Below are positions 39,754 through 52,307 of a DNA stretch of 64,000 nucleotides, piece after piece (position 1 is the stretch's first letter; the number at the start of each line of letters is the position of its first letter). A program made the translations under genes and the position numbers. The DNA lies in contig JBNZDD010013663.1 of NCBI GenBank assembly GCA_050575255.1, positions 1,025,650 to 1,089,649 of the forward strand, written 5' to 3'. A model generated the notes under the pieces. That model saw nothing but the letters and a program-made list of their open reading frames with translations. It was not told where the DNA came from and ran no database searches. The stretch comes from Harriotta raleighana. Taxonomy: Eukaryota.

Positions 39754-40184
39754 ATGTCTGCCCATGCCAGACAGACCATCTGCCAGGAAGCAATATTCAA
39801 CTAGATGAGCTGAACAATGTCTGTATTTCCTCTCACTAAGATGGAACACCTAACTTCTGTGTGACATTCCATCTTGCAACACATATGAAAACTAAACTTA
39901 CTCACTCAAAGCACATGAACTTGATTGAAAGGCTGTCCTGGAATTTATGACCCGGTAAGAAGCCAGACTTGCTCCACTTAGCATTGTAACATATGCAGAA
40001 ACTAAATTAATGAACTGAGGATTTCAACTCACTCTACATTTAAAAAAAATTATTCTCATTTTCTGTTTCATTTTGGTGATGTATTTAATTCTCTTCCCTT
40101 CTATTTAATCCACTTGCAAACCAAGAACTCTCTTTGTCAAATAAATGCAAATAATTCCTGATGCAAAATGACACTGCCTAGTAA

Positions 40185-40620
40185 TAATCCTTGCAGTTGA
40201 TGGAACATATTTCACATCGGGAGAACTTCTCAAAGAGTGTCAAAGAATCTTACTGTAAAGTGTGGTGATTGTGTATTTGTAGGTGATTGTGGCAGACAAT
40301 TTGCAAACATTAATGTCCTACAAATATCCATGAAATGAATAAGCAATTTTATTTGGTGGGCGGTTGCCCAGAACACTGAGAAACTCCATTTTCTTTTCAA
40401 GTAATACCATGAGACCTTTAAAGCCAACTTCTTCGGGTAGACCTCACATCAGATGAACATCTCATCCAAAGGACAGCACCTCTAACAATGCAGCATAAAC
40501 CCTACACTGTACTGGAGTGTCATTTTACGCTATGAGTTCAAATTCCCAAAGTAGGCCTTGAACCTGCAACCTTCTGACTCAAGAGGCAAGAGTGCTACAA
40601 AATGAGCCAGGTTGACACAC
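40185..40620 (-). mobile_element. Older tRNA/Deu SINE
   Basis: catctcatccaaaggacagcacct, actggagtgtca, ttgaacc..aaccttctgactc..ggcaagagtgctac. Confidence 0.75.
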
Positions 40621-40924
40621 ACTTGAAATATTTAAGAGACAAATAATCTATGGACATCCCAAACCAGGTGCCAATAGTCAATAGAAATAAGTTACAACAA
40701 CAACAATAACAAACTAGTGACATTTATGGAGTGCCTTTCATGTCAGGAGGACATCCTAAGGCGCTGACACCACATTCCACCTATTCAGCTAATACCACTT
40801 GGCAAGGGACCAGAGGGATCAGTGCCCATGGAATCATACTCCATCAAACTATACATTACTGTCTTAAGAGAAGAGAAAATTTGAAAAACAAAATTCTGAG
40901 AACAGATCTTATTCAATTCATATA

Positions 40925-41311
40925 CACTAAAACCTTGTTTATCCGTGATCCGATCAACTGGATTGATCGACCCCCTGTCGGGGCAATTCCCTATTCCAGC
41001 AATAGCGAGTTTGCTCACTTTGCGCATGCGTACAATGTGTGCGCATGCGCACTTATTAAACTTACAAACTTGGGTTTTTTACCGATCGGTAAAAAATGCA
41101 GTTTTACCGATTGTTTTTACCGAGTATGCTGGAAGGCTTTATTGGTAAGTATTCATACAATATTCTGTTACTATTTAGTCTATTATTAACATGGTATATT
41201 TTAAAATAAGTTAATTTTTTATGTTGGGTTTTTGGCAACTTGTCCTCCGTTTATCCGGCACAGTCAATTAATCGACCCCCCCGAGGGTGCTGGATAAACA
41301 GGATTTTATTG
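40925..41311. mobile_element. Tigger/pogo-like MITE (family A, short form), second copy
   Basis: TA-cactaaaaccttgtttatccg ... ggataaacaggattttattg-TA; colinear with 39285-39666. Confidence 0.9.
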
Positions 41312-41644
41312 TAGCTATAAATTAAAATAAACTGGTAAATAGTTTTACAAGTTGCATAAATAAACATACTCTTTACGCATCGAGATGCTACTCCATGTGA
41401 AGGCTGCTATCTTAATGCAAGCTGTTGTTGTTCACAGAAATTAACATTCTGCTTTGATTGAAATTAGGTTTTGAAAGTTCTTGTAATTAGTTTAATTAAA
41501 TTGGATATCAACATCACGGAAAAATAAAATACTGTTGACAAATCATCAAATCGTCTCTGGTACTAGTCACATAATTGCTTCCAAAGTTTTCTTCTAACAC
41601 ACAGTAATGATCAAATATTCAAACTTTGACATTTATGAAAAACT

Positions 41645-41865
41645 GTGAATGCCAGATATCAAAAATAAAACCAGAATAGATCAGGTCAGTCAGCATTGGA
41701 GAGAGAGAGAGAGAGGTTGATGCTTTAGATGTGATTTTATATGAGAACACAGTACTTCTCCAACACTCAGGTTTACTAATATAATGTCTTGCCTGAAATG
41801 TTAACCATCTTTCTCTTTCAGGTGCTGGTTGACCTGCTATGAATCTCCAGCAATTTCTAGTTTTA
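41645..41865. repeat. Old inverted-repeat element typical of cartilaginous fish (possibly Penelope-related)
   Basis: caggtcagtcagcat..gagagag..gttgatg is mirrored by gttaac..tttctctt..tgctggttgacctg. Confidence 0.55.
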
Positions 41866-43284
41866 AATCAAACCACTGGGCATTCATAATTAATATAAAT
41901 TGCTATGGTTTCACAAGGTCTCCATAATGAGGTCCTTAGAAGACATTGATCAAATCCTTTGATCTCCAATTGATTGTTTGAAATAGCAGTACAAGTACAG
42001 ATGATAAGAATTAACAAGACATTTATCTTGGTATTTTCATTTCTATCAATATTTTTTGTGCCTGTATTTGCACAGAACAGATATTCCAATTGGTATTCCC
42101 TGCTACCTTCTATTTTCTAGACCTTTTGTTAGAACTGCTTTTCAATTAACTGTAATTTCTTTTAAAAATCCACAGCAAGTTTTTACAGAAAAAAAAACTT
42201 CAAAGCTTCTTTCCATGTTCCATGAGTTTGTTACCCATCAGTGAAAAATCCGCAAATATCCCATCTTCTGCCTTCCATCATGTCTTTGGCAAATTGCCAG
42301 TTCTCTCATCAAGAACCGTCACAGTTAATAAAACAACATGAAAGTATGTCTCTAACACCGTATCATCATATTATAGCTGCTTTAAAGGAATTAATTTAAC
42401 ATTTGATCATTATTTGCTTCAAATGAAATCACTGCTCAGTAAACAACTAGTTGTGGATAGAATAAGATTTTTTTTGCCACGTTTAAGACAGGAATAACAA
42501 TTGATCAGTAGGTGAAACCTTGATAGAAAGTTTGTGTTTCATAGCAAAGTGATATGCACATACAGCCAGTTCAAGAGTGTCAGCCTGACACATCAGTTAA
42601 GAAACATTGTACGTTTCACCCCATTATTTCACTTGACAATTCCAGTTCTTTTTTCAATTTACTGGACAACTTTTTGTTATCTGAATTCTAACTGTAGAGT
42701 GCCACAAAATGGGTATTTTGATAAAGATGACAGGTATTAAACACAATTTACACACAGTCATTGTCACTATTTCTACATTTCACGGAATATCACCTTCCAA
42801 AAATTACAGTAGAAACTATATGAAACACCTCAGGTTTTTCGAAAATCTATTACGGTTAAAAAGATTGTGACTCATTTTGCCTAATATTGAACTGTGAATT
42901 CCGAATCGGCCCATCAGCAAGGCAAATTGAATATTTTACAACAATGTTGATTCAGTACGTAGAAAATGTGAGAATTTTTCACTTCCTGCAAATCTACAAA
43001 GAGTCGAACTAACAGCTGAAACTGACAAAGTGAAAGAACAGTGAACATTTTCTAGTTGATCTGTGAGGGAAACTAATTTACCCCCTGGAAATTTAAGAAA
43101 GGTGACTGAAAATCACTTTCTTTACCGTATTGTGATTTTTTTATAAAACAATTCTCTGGGAATATATAATAATAATGCTCTACATATTTGATAAAGGGCA
43201 GCATGTTTAACATCGACACTGTGTTGAAGTGTTTCACAAAGGGAATTTGCCCACAAATACAAATAAGTAAATGCACTTCACAGT

Positions 43285-43692
43285 AAGCCCCGTAAAGTGC
43301 TATGGGATCCTCTCCCAATGTGAAAGCTCCTACACCAAATTTAAGAATTATTATTACAGTGCCTGTAAAGTGTAAAACTGCATAATAGTAAGTAAAAGTG
43401 ATAGACAATTCATGCACAGCAATAACCCACAAACAGCCATGAAGCGAATGACTAATTTATCTGGAGGATTGTTGGCCAGGATATGGAGAAAATACTCCCT
43501 TCTCTTTTTGAATAGTGAAACATCACTTATACAGGCAGACAGACCTCTGCTTAACATCTCAATAGAAAGACAGTAGCTCAAATAATGCCGAGCTTCCCCA
43601 GCACTGCATTGGTGCATTAGTGAGTTCAAGTCTCAAAATAGGGCGTGAATGTACATACAACCTTTTGATCCGGAGGCAAGTGTTCTACCACC
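43285..43692 (-). mobile_element. Older tRNA/Deu SINE with an adjacent L2-like tail
   Basis: tttgaatagtg, ttaacatctca..gaaagacag, caaccttttgatccggaggcaagtgttctacc. Confidence 0.7.
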
Positions 43693-43974
43693 TATATCAG
43701 AACAGAGATAACCAGGGCCTCTTTGAGGCTGAAATGGCTTGTGATATTGGCAATGAAATATTGTAATTAGAGTTTATTTTCCCCTGTAATCTTGGCAGTG
43801 CAGTTCCTGAGTCAGGTCCTCTGTATTTGAAAGCTCTGTTAATGATGGACCAGTCAGCCTGGCGAATCAGCAGAAGCAAGTTGGAAGTGCAGAACCATGG
43901 GAGCAAGGATTCTTCTCACTCGGTTTCTGTTTACCCTGCAAATGAAAGCCCTAATGGAGAGGGAGTATTTTACA

Positions 43975-45640
43975 TTGGAACATGTGTAGGACATTCAGCC
44001 CTTCAATACTGTTCCAGTATTCCCCTTATCCAATACTGTTCTTAATTAGATCATGGCTGATCTGTACCTCAACTACAGTAATCCTTTAAATTCCAATTTC
44101 CCACTTTTTCTGCATATCCCTTAATACTCTGATCTACCAAAAATCTATCAACCTCACTCATGAAGATGTGGATTGATCCAGCATCACGACCTTTTGAGGG
44201 AAAGAATTCCAGATTTCTACCACCCTTTCAATGATCTGTTCATCTCTATGCCAATTTGCACATGGCTCGGGTAGCAATCCGAAGATTACCACCTCCGAGG
44301 TCCTGTTTTTTAATTGAGCCCCTAGCTCCTGATACTTCCTTAGCAGGACCTCCTTCTTGCTCTTTTCTACATCAATGGTTCCCACATGGATAACAACAAC
44401 TGGTTCTTTCCCCTCCCTTTCCAAGTAATTTTCCAGCTGTTTTCAAAATATCCTTTACTCTGGCACCAAGAAAACAACACACCTTCCTGGACTCCCAACT
44501 CGACTGTAAAGGGTCCCCCTCGATCCCCTTAATTATTTCATCCCCTATAACTACAACATTTCTATTCTGCTCTTCTCCAGCTTACACTTCTGCCTTCTGC
44601 TCTACCGTGCCTTGATTTGTATTCAGGTCTCCTTCCCCACAGGCTTATTCCCCTTATCCAATATGGGAAGTACCTGTGGGACAGGACAAGTGCCTCCTCT
44701 GACTCTTCTAGGTAACTGCTACGCTGTTGGCTATCAATCTCACACTCCTTTTGCTGTACCTCTCTATGTGGTGTGGCTATGTTCTTAAGTTCAAGTATCC
44801 CCCGATTTACGACGTCTCTATTTACATGATTTCAATTTAGCGAATGTAATTTTGTAAGACCTTTTTATTGATGTAAAATATTTTGTTTTGTTTTAACGAC
44901 ATTTTAAAATTATACTTGAAAATCTAAATACGCAGTATATCTAGTATATTTTGTATACCAACTTGAAATGCATATAGATGTTGAGAAAAACGCGCCGAGT
45001 AGTGGCCCAGGCGGAAGTGTACATCTAGTACTGTATATCCCCGAGGCCTTGGGGATCACCTGATCACCTCATCCAATCGACAACCGGCAGCCGCTTGATG
45101 TCATGAAAACATGTTGAACTGGCCAATAGCATGTCACTACATCAGTGGTTCCCAACCTTTTTTTGCTGCGACCCAAATTAACCACCATTACTAGGGGGCA
45201 ATATTGTGACTGAGGCTCAGCTCAGCCAAAATGTTATCTTCGTATGTTTTGTGGACTCAGCGCAACTTGTAAGTATGCTCTTTATACAAATTGGTCAGCG
45301 GTGTTGCATTTTATTTAGCTTGAAACCTTTTTTTTAAGTTCTGAGGACCTTTTGCAACTCTGATTTGGGTTAAATTAATTATTCATTAAATTCATCAAGT
45401 CTCATGATCATTCAATTCTTTGTTGCAAAGAGTTATTTTAGTGGGTTTTGGGAATGAAACTTTTGGGAAATAATGGGACCCATTATATATGGGAAAACCC
45501 ATTCCGATTTATGACATTTCGATGTAGGTTTTCAGGAACACAACCTGTCGGAAATCGGGGGATACCTGTAAACTGGCCAAATATTCCTCTCCCATCCTTT
45601 TGCATTGGAATGTCTCTAACGCACACTCCAGTAAGATTGA
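43975..45640 (-). mobile_element. CR1 LINE remnant: ORF1 (coiled coil plus SGNH esterase) joined to the 3' end, interrupted by a DNA transposon
   Basis: LECALETFQCKRMGEEYLAS at about 45570-45632; EPVVVIHVGTIDV..GLLPEP (ORF 44158-44424); then RVVEIWNSFPQKVV and a CR1 3' UTR (cattcagccc..tagatcatggctgatctgtacctcaac). Confidence 0.85.
44792..45568. mobile_element. Tigger-like non-autonomous DNA transposon (family B)
   Basis: TIRs caagtatcccccgattt / aaatcgggggatacctg followed by TA; inserted in CR1 ORF1. Confidence 0.85.
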
Positions 45641-45809
45641 GGGACAATCTTACTGTCCACAAATTCCCATATACTGCAACTTTGACACAGTACCTGTGTA
45701 GCTTTTAGCTCTTTCTAGCTTCTACTCTCCTGAAGAGGTTTTATCTTTACCTCGTATTTGTTCTTAGTTTATATTCCCCTTAATCTATTTGTAACAATCT
45801 CAGGGTGAC

Positions 45810-45958
45810 AAATTTTAAAAGAGAGGTAGACATTTATTTGGGGAGGATGGGTTTGCGAGGTTATGGAGAGAGAGTTGGGGAGTGGGATTAAATTGCTCTT
45901 TTTAAAGAGACTCGAATGGCCTCCTTTTGTGCCGTAAGATTCTATGATTCTATGATTA
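45810..45958 (+). mobile_element. CR1 3' end
   Basis: cgaatggcctccttttgtgccgtaagattctatgattctatgatt, with the octamer-repeat tail. Confidence 0.85.
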
Positions 45959-47544
45959 AGTAAACAAGTAATTTCACATCTTTAGTCCCTGCTCACATTC
46001 CTTAATGCTTAACACCGACTGCCTCAAGAATGTATTCTTTCATCCAGGCTCTTGCTGGTTTTGATTCTCCTTTACAAGGAGATCGAAACAAGTTCTCACC
46101 TGTACCTCCTTCCCTCTCTGCACTGAATTCCCTAACAGAATTCTCACTCAGTTCCAACCCACACTGCTGGGCTCTCTGCTTCAGTGAGTTCTCGCAAGTC
46201 TTCCCTTTTACCTAGGACTCAAATAAAGTATTTTCAGCTTGACAAGTAGTGGGAAGCCATTGTATTTGCAAATTGCTAACTATTTTAGCTTTTCGACTTT
46301 AAAAAAACACAGAATCCCACGAACCAGCAGCGGATCCAAAAGTGGAAGAGATCTTTTCTAAACATAATACAGTAGCTAGGTGAGTTTAGTTTCCAAACTC
46401 CAATTTGCTGACAGTTTGCTTAATTTTACTGCAGTTAGAATGCGAGGAGCAACTTTTCTTTGTTCCTTCAGTTGAGTTCATAAAAGGTTAGTTTGGTTCT
46501 TCACAGATGAGAAGAATGATGTTAGTATCGCCTCCTGACCAGCTGGACCATTCGATACGATCAATATGGCACAGCCTGCAAATTTGACCCTTATCTTACA
46601 AAACCGTCCAATTCCTCCCTTTCCTAAATGGGACCAAATATTAATTGTTTAATTGTCAAATTTTCAATGTAAAATATATTATTGCCGAACACATTTGAAA
46701 CACCCAATTCTGTTTTACATATTCATAGAAAAGCAAACTGTCTACATGTACAGTACAAAAACATTTTAGTTGGTTAGAGAACATCCTGGTTTAAAATCCA
46801 GGAGCGTTTGATTCCTGATCAGGAAATATAATTTTGTAGCAAATAGTTATCCAGCAATTATTGCCTATTAATGTAATGTCTGAGCAAGTGAATTTCTGTT
46901 CAATGGAAAAATAATTATAACTAGTTTTCTTGCGTATAATAATCCTTGCATTTGATATAACACATGATCACATCTTTAATTCACTGAATTGTCAAGTGAA
47001 TTGACTGTATATTAGGTCTATCCAAAATTATTGCAAGTAACAAGGCTCCACAACACTTTGAAATAGACAGCAGGGGGCTGTATAAACAGCTCAGAGTTTG
47101 GTGGAAAGGTTAAAGCAAAGTGGACAAACAGCAAGTCTTAGTTGTATTTTCAGTCACTGAGTCTGTCTTCGTATTGGCAGGATGCTTATTTGTATTCATT
47201 TTTGTTTAAATCATTTGTAAAATAATGTCTAACTTTATACAACGTGCTCCTTCACAAGAGCTGTACTGAGCAGGTACTTATTTGGTACATGGTGTTGGGA
47301 GCACTATGAATTCAAGCTGCATCTCACCACTCAACGGTGTAGCACAGAGCACCCACCAACATCTTGTACTGTCAATGCTATTTCACGTTGTGAAATGCCA
47401 CAATGTTTATGGTACTCTGTAGCTGTTAACAAGAAGCAAATACTGTACTGTACATTTCAAGTGTGCAGCACTCTAAATCAAACAATAATAAATATTCCAT
47501 GTATATCCAGCATTTTTTAAAAATTGCCCTTTCCACTAACAGCA

Positions 47545-48422
47545 AAACAACAACAAAATTACATTAGTGTAGCACCTTTCACATCAGGAAAACATCCCAA
47601 GGGGCTGGACAGTTATTGCTTCAGAACCAAACTGAGGACAATGGTGAGGGGAGGGAAAGGAAGGGGGGGATTAGGAGTTGCCGATGGGTCCATCAAAGAG
47701 GAGAGTCTTGAGGCGAGACTTGAAGGAAGCCAGGAGGCGGCGAGGTTAAGGGACTGTTGGATGGAGTTCCAGAGGTTGGGGATAGAGTGGCTGAAGGCTC
47801 GCCTGCCAATGGTGGGACATGGAACAGGTCAGAGCCTGCTGAGCGGAGGGGGCGGGCAGGTTGGTAAGGAGATAGGAGGTCATGGATGTAGGGTGGGGTG
47901 AGGTTCTGGAGGGCTGTAAATGTGCGGACCAAGATCTTGAATTGGATCCTCTGGATGATGAGGAGTCAATGGAGTCGGGCAAAGATGGGGGAGATGGGGG
48001 TCATACAGTTTGGAATGGTAAAGGTCACGGGCCGCAGAGTTCTGGATTATCTGCAGCCTACGGAGGGAGGAATTGAGAAGACCAACCAGCAGCGAGTTTG
48101 CATAATCGAGCCGGAATGTAATGAAGGCTTGGATGAGGGTTTCAGCGGCTTTGGGAGTGAGGTAGTGGCGGAGTCGGGTAATGTTGCGGAGGTGAGGAAA
48201 GGCAGAGTGTGTCATTGCTTGGATGTGGGGGAGGGTCGAACAAGCCACCTAGGTTGCTGACTAGCTTGGTTAGGTTGAGTGTGCAACCATGGAGTTTGAT
48301 GCTGCCAGCGCCTGATGCAAGAAGGTGCTGACGTGAGCCAATCACGTCAGCACCTTCTTGGTCTTGTTGACATTCAACTGTAGAAAATTAGCTTTCATCC
48401 AGGACTTGATGTCTGACAGACC
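47545..48422 (-). mobile_element. L2 LINE 3' fragment, decayed
   Basis: HLRNITRLRHYLTPKAAETLIQAFITFRLDYANSLLVGL..LQIIQNSAAR peptide; L2 tail at about 47550-47610. Confidence 0.92.
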
Positions 48423-50110
48423 GCAAAAATACACAGCTCTGCGCAAATTCAACCTCAATCCTATCTACTGAGATGCTTTCTACCTTTAATCCCTTCTCAG
48501 TACCATTCTACTCCATCCTCACACAGTGATACATTCAGCTCCACTCCCAAACCTATCCCAGTCGAGAGCAAAATATATACAGGAATCTCATAACAATAAC
48601 CCACAAGATCAAGCTGGTTCCAGTTTTGAGTGAAAGCAAAACTGAGTTAACTCTTTGCAGTGGATTCTGTGATCCAGTGACTAGACCCCAAATATCCCAG
48701 AGCATTTCTAATGATTAAGCAGCCTGCTACAGTTAATTCACTTTACAGTATATTCTGTGAAGCGCTTTGAGACAAGGATTATTATTCTTATTATTTCCAA
48801 ACAGTTCATAAGAACCCTGACCTCTGAATTCCATTGGTATGTAGAGGGTTCCTAATCCTGTACTCTTCACCGATGACTTTGAACAGCAGTGAAAAGGTGG
48901 AATCTGTGATCTCTTCCACCTGGATTGTTTCAAAGTCTATGCTTTAGAAGTAAAGAAGAATGTTCAAACTCACAAGTCACCCAACCAGGTGATTCCTACG
49001 GTGAGGCTTTCATTCTGTTTATACCGATGGAAAATCCATCTGCCCTAGGATAAGTAGTATCATTTATAACTCTTGACTGATATGACTACTACAGTGTGTC
49101 CAAGTTTCAGACATATCAACAGTTGTGTCAATATGCAACCAAGATCATTCACAGAACTCGCTATACAAATGTGTGGTTAGGATATTGCCAGTGTTTAATC
49201 AGCTAAAACTACTTGGCGTGCTGTGGAAAGTACTGTTTGGCCAACATCCCACTTCGTGTCCAGTTAGGACTACCTTACCTGTCGGGCTTTTGCAGATTTA
49301 ACAAGACTGAGTGAGAAGAATCCCTGCCTCCAGTGACCAAGTTTTGCCGATGAGCCAGACTGGCTGATTTCTTATTAACAGTCTGTTGGGAGTTAAATAG
49401 ACTTTCCTGGCTCTGTCACCAAACCAACGAGAGTGCCACAGAGGTTTGGCTAGATTTCAACATTTCATTGCCAAGCAGATCAGACTGGAGTCTGATGTCA
49501 CCAGCTGGTCATTTGACATCTGACATGTAAGGTTTAAAATGTGTGACATAAATGCTACCTGCTCCTAGGTCACAGACACATATTCTACCCATTCAGCGAT
49601 ATTTACCAGTTGGAAGTGTGAGATGGAGCAGCAGCTGCTTCCCTCTCCACATATCAATTAGGGTGGAGGCCAAGCTCCGGCAAACAAGACCTTTTTTTGA
49701 GGATTACAATTATTTATTACTGGAGATTTACTAAGCCAGTAATTGGAGGAATGGCAGTGATCCTACAAAATATTAGGAAATACTATTTTGATGCATTTGG
49801 GAGGTTGCTAAGATTTACTGTATGTAGATTTCCAATCAACACGTGCAGACATCTGTAGCAAACTGGACTGTATTGCCTGGTGTCTGAGGTCTTGTCTCAA
49901 AGCGTTTCACAGGATTTTACTGTGAAGTGCAGTAACTGTTCTTTGAACACAGCACCAAATTGCACACATCAGTATCCCACAAATAGCCAATGAAGTAAGG
50001 ATCAATGTTATTTGGGATATGGTTGGCCAGAACACTAGAAGAAACTCCAAATAAAGAGCATGTTTCAATTATCAACATGGTGGTTCACATTAAGAGACTA
50101 GGATACATTT

Positions 50111-50520
50111 GTGGAGTCCTGTAGCTCAGTGACTAGAGCACTCATCTTACAAGCGTGAGACTTGTGTTTGATTTCAGGCAGCTCTGGGTGAAACCTTGCA
50201 CAAGTTTTCTTAATTCACATGTCTAATAATAATCCCTCCAAAAAAAACACAATAATAAAATCGGTCATTTCAATGCATGACTGTTTGTGGGACATTGGTA
50301 TGTGCAATTAGCGACCGCGTTTCAACAACAACAACAACAAAATTCTACTTGTATAGCGCCTTTCAGTCGGGAGGACGACCCAAAGCGCTGAACAGTCAGG
50401 TCGTTGTTTCACCCACAAATATACAGTCAATTCATTTTAGAGTATATTCTGTGAAGCTCTTTGAGATGTCCAGAAGACGTGAAAAGCGCGATATCAAAAT
50501 TCAAAGATTATTTTATTATA
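50111..50520 (+). mobile_element. Full-length tRNA/Deu SINE with a nested inverted L2 tail (about 50324-50403)
   Basis: Head gtggagtcctgtagctcag; the core is split at gtttca by (aac)n..gcgcctttcagtcgggaggacg. Confidence 0.85.
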
Positions 50521-51104
50521 GGATAAAGACGTTTTATGTGTTTTACGGATTTCAAACTAAACCCGGTTGAAGGTGATAAATATATAACTACAATCCACTC
50601 CCATAATAATATAGCTTTGAAAAACAGTGCCTTGTTTATTAAAATAATTGGCAAAAAGCAGATGGACATCAACTTGAGAGCAACAGGCAGAGCCAATGTC
50701 ACTGTAGCACTTGCTCTGATATTAACGCTGCCAGGCAATCTTACTGCAACTCAATTTTTTGAGATCACATCTTGAGACAGGAACAATATTTACGTGATGA
50801 CATCTTCAAAGTCACAATGTTATGAAGCCCACCTACAGTGAGACAATTCTCTGCACTGCTACAACCAGGTTACCAGTGTTCATGTTTCCAGTTTTCTTCT
50901 AGATCCAGGTGTCCTGGCCAACAATCCCCTATATAAAATTGGTCATTCACTTCACAGCACTGTGGAACATTGAGGCATGCAGATTTGCTCCCATGGTCAC
51001 CTACAAAACACTTACAGTAGAGTGCCAGTATTTCCCATAGTACTTTCAGCGTCTCAACAATGTGATCCAGGTTACATCAAATGCAACAACAACAACAGTT
51101 GTTT

Positions 51105-51490
51105 GGTTTGAGTGAGAATGTGGGCGGCGGAGTTTGCAGAGGGGAGAGCGGCGAGGAGGGCTTTGGAATAATCCAGCCAAGATGTCACAATGCATGGACC
51201 AGGATTTTGGCAGCTTTTGGAGTGAGATATTGGCAGAGGGTGGTGCTCGTGAGGGACCGGATGTGGGGGAAGAAGGATAATTGGAGGTCAAAGCGGACAC
51301 CTAGGTTGCGTATGGGTTCGGCGAGTTTTAGGGGCAGGTCGGGTAGGTTGTGGAGGTGAGAACCGTGGGACCGAGGACATCAACAAGAGCCAAAGAGTAT
51401 GACTTCCATCTTGTCAATGTTTAATTTCAGGAAGTTTGCACCCATCCAGCTCTTGATATCTGATAGTCAGGCTGACAGAACATCAGGGGA
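51105..51490 (-). mobile_element. L2 ORF2 fragment
   Basis: Similar to the other L2 copies (ttgtcaatgtttaatttcaggaagtt, encoding NFLKLNIDK). Confidence 0.75.
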
Positions 51491-52307
51491 CTTAAATGTA
51501 AAGGTTATTATTATTATTTTATTTGAACACATACCAGTCTCACATGGGCAACAATGCAGGTAATACAAACAATGCAGAGGCAGAATATCAGGGCACAAAA
51601 GTGCAATGTGTAGTGACTGTGTATTAGGCAGTGTGCAATTTAATAATCAACCACATGAACAGACAATATCCTTAACAACAGATTTGGAAGTGAACACTTC
51701 TCCAATGCTATTGATTGAATACTACCCCACTTTTGTTGTGGGTGAGGACCATTATTTTTCTTAAGTAGTGCGTCAGTGCTCTTCTGTTAATCCAGATGTG
51801 TTTTCCTTTGGTATTTTCAACCTGGATACTTACTTAAACTTATTTGTAAGTCAGAAACTGGTGAAGTAGCACAGAAACACTGCTCATCCAGCTGAGAATA
51901 GTTGTCCCCTCTGCTCGTGTGCGACAAAAAGACAGCGTCAACGTTGAATCTTGAGTGCTGCTCAGAGACTCCACAGCAGTCATCAAAATAAAGAGAATCA
52001 GACTGAATTGGCTCATGACTTAAACCTAAACACTCATTTTGACAGTAAGTACAGAATTCTGCCATCTAGATTTTCCTGTTCTACCCTTTTAAGCTGATAG
52101 AAAGCAGTTCGAAAAGAGTTGATCGTATGTCAGCACGGAAGGTACATCTCAATCTTCAATTAATGGACTGTAAGAGGTAGTCAAATCTGCTCCAGCAAGG
52201 AACAAAAATGAATAAGGAAGCAATATCAGCCAAGCTACATGGTGTTTTCTCAACACTATTATTTTCTTCCAATACTCTTATAGTTCGAGGAACAAAATTG
52301 ACTTTGA

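Noticed and set aside
49271-49400. Strong minus-strand donor (CAG/GTAAGG) as a possible TRAPPC9 exon
   Set aside because: The upstream translation does not resemble the expected TRAPPC9 peptide and no clear acceptor is visible.
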